From positions 3,534,001 through 3,598,000 of the forward strand of contig JAUPSS010000001.1 of NCBI GenBank assembly GCA_040285825.1: DNA of 64,000 bases, in the 5' to 3' direction. Shown one piece after another: positions 63,658-64,000 of this stretch. The notes under the pieces were generated by a model that saw only the letters and a program-made list of their open reading frames with translations, made no database searches and had not been told where the DNA came from. The translations under genes and the position numbers were made by a program. This DNA is from Eukaryota sp. TZLM1-RC (lineage: Eukaryota > Protista > Metamonada: BaSk clade). Numbering within the stretch: position 1 is the first letter of the stretch; each line of letters begins with the position of its first letter.

Positions 63658-64000
63658 CCAATCATTTAACTTGTAAATGTGGTAAACCTCTTTTGTTTAC
63701 TCATCTTTTGAACTGTAAACATTTCATTACGTTTAGAAGCAAAGTGCATAATAACGTCAGGGACCAAATTTATGTAATGTGCAAATCATATCGTGTAGAT
63801 TCCTTTTTAGAACCGCTGTTATCAAAATTAATTCTTGATGATCCCAATATTGATAGTACGCGTTACAACAGAGCTTCTATGGGTCTGACTAGAGGTGATC
63901 TAGTTGTTCCTGGTTTAAATGGTAGTTTTACTATTTTGGACGCCATGTCTATTGACCCTTGTAATTCCTCTAACGAACATTTCATTAACTCGGATGTAAA
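63658..64000 (+). mobile_element. Family D fragment running off the window
   Basis: Matches D from about 50253 on (NHLTCKCGKP..). Confidence 0.9.

Larger units (their letters stand above)
1..64000. repeat. Nested cluster of CRE-like RLE non-LTR retrotransposons (five families, both orientations); extends past both window edges
   Basis: Every segment aligns by eye to one of five RT/RLE elements. Motifs: RPIAVGE, LDFKNAFNSV, GVKQGDPLGP, YMDD, CKC-x7-H-x3-C, HDAVRD, R(G/A)D..D..K-x-KKY. Poly(A) tails and TSDs occur throughout. Confidence 0.96.

Noticed and set aside
61916-63661. Fusion ORFs across junctions (also 14694-16055, 19395-20063, 41376-42128, 56830-58038, 58043-58792) as novel proteins
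   Set aside because: They are chance in-frame read-through across insertion junctions.
1-64000. Many short ORFs and frameshifts read as separate genes, programmed frameshifts or a two-ORF layout
   Set aside because: Breaks fall in A/T homopolymers and differ between copies (densest in 1-5100); other copies read through. They are most likely long-read errors. Antisense and alternate-frame ORFs recur only because the DNA is repeated.
1-64000. Bacterial RT systems (group II intron, retron, DGR, CRISPR-RT) or LTR/DIRS elements
   Set aside because: Poly(A) tails, 5' truncation, variable TSDs and a C-terminal RLE indicate target-primed non-LTR elements. I saw no integrase, protease, tyrosine recombinase, LTR or repeat-spacer array.
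1-64000. Spliced-leader, snRNA, tRNA or rRNA genes as the target array
   Set aside because: Every readable flank is another element's sequence. AAAGTCGTA in the 5' UTR resembles the SSU rRNA 3' region for only 9 nt.
1-64000. Whole window as an assembly artefact of collapsed repeats
   Set aside because: Matching TSD pairs up to 10.8 kb apart nest consistently, which random mis-joins would not produce. Only the 2.79-kb duplication remains suspect.
1-64000. Host species assignment
   Set aside because: No host gene is present. The sequence supports only an AT-rich eukaryote whose ORFs read with the standard code.

Overview
The whole 64 kb is a nested pile of non-LTR retrotransposons with a restriction-like endonuclease (RLE), CRE/SLACS-like by motif, from an AT-rich eukaryote. 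I found no host gene, RNA gene or unique spacer DNA. Five families can be told apart, labelled A-E here. Full-length copies are about 3.3-3.5 kb with one ORF: N-terminal CCHC knuckle plus CxxC..CxxC finger, RT (GVKQGDPLGP, YMDD/YADD), CxC-x7-H-x3-C knuckle and RLE. About 45 insertions or fragments can be resolved, and more than 25 carry readable target-site duplications (TSDs, mostly 8-16 bp, one of 22 bp), which gives the nesting order. Main observations: (1) the elements insert only into each other, with just a loose Y|AW site preference, suggesting domain-level targeting (centromere- or subtelomere-like); (2) single TSD-bounded inserts built from two different families joined head to tail, consistent with RT template jumping; (3) a near-identical ~215-nt 5' module, with a candidate RNA structure over the AUG and an SDTD peptide, shared by otherwise divergent families A, B and D; (4) a (T)nCTCCCTCC 5' terminus in all four families whose 5' end is visible; (5) a composite element that was re-retrotransposed as a unit; (6) a 2.79-kb tandem duplication. 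Most frameshifts fall in homopolymers and may be sequencing errors. Family labels are mine, and coordinates were read by eye (+/- a few bp).
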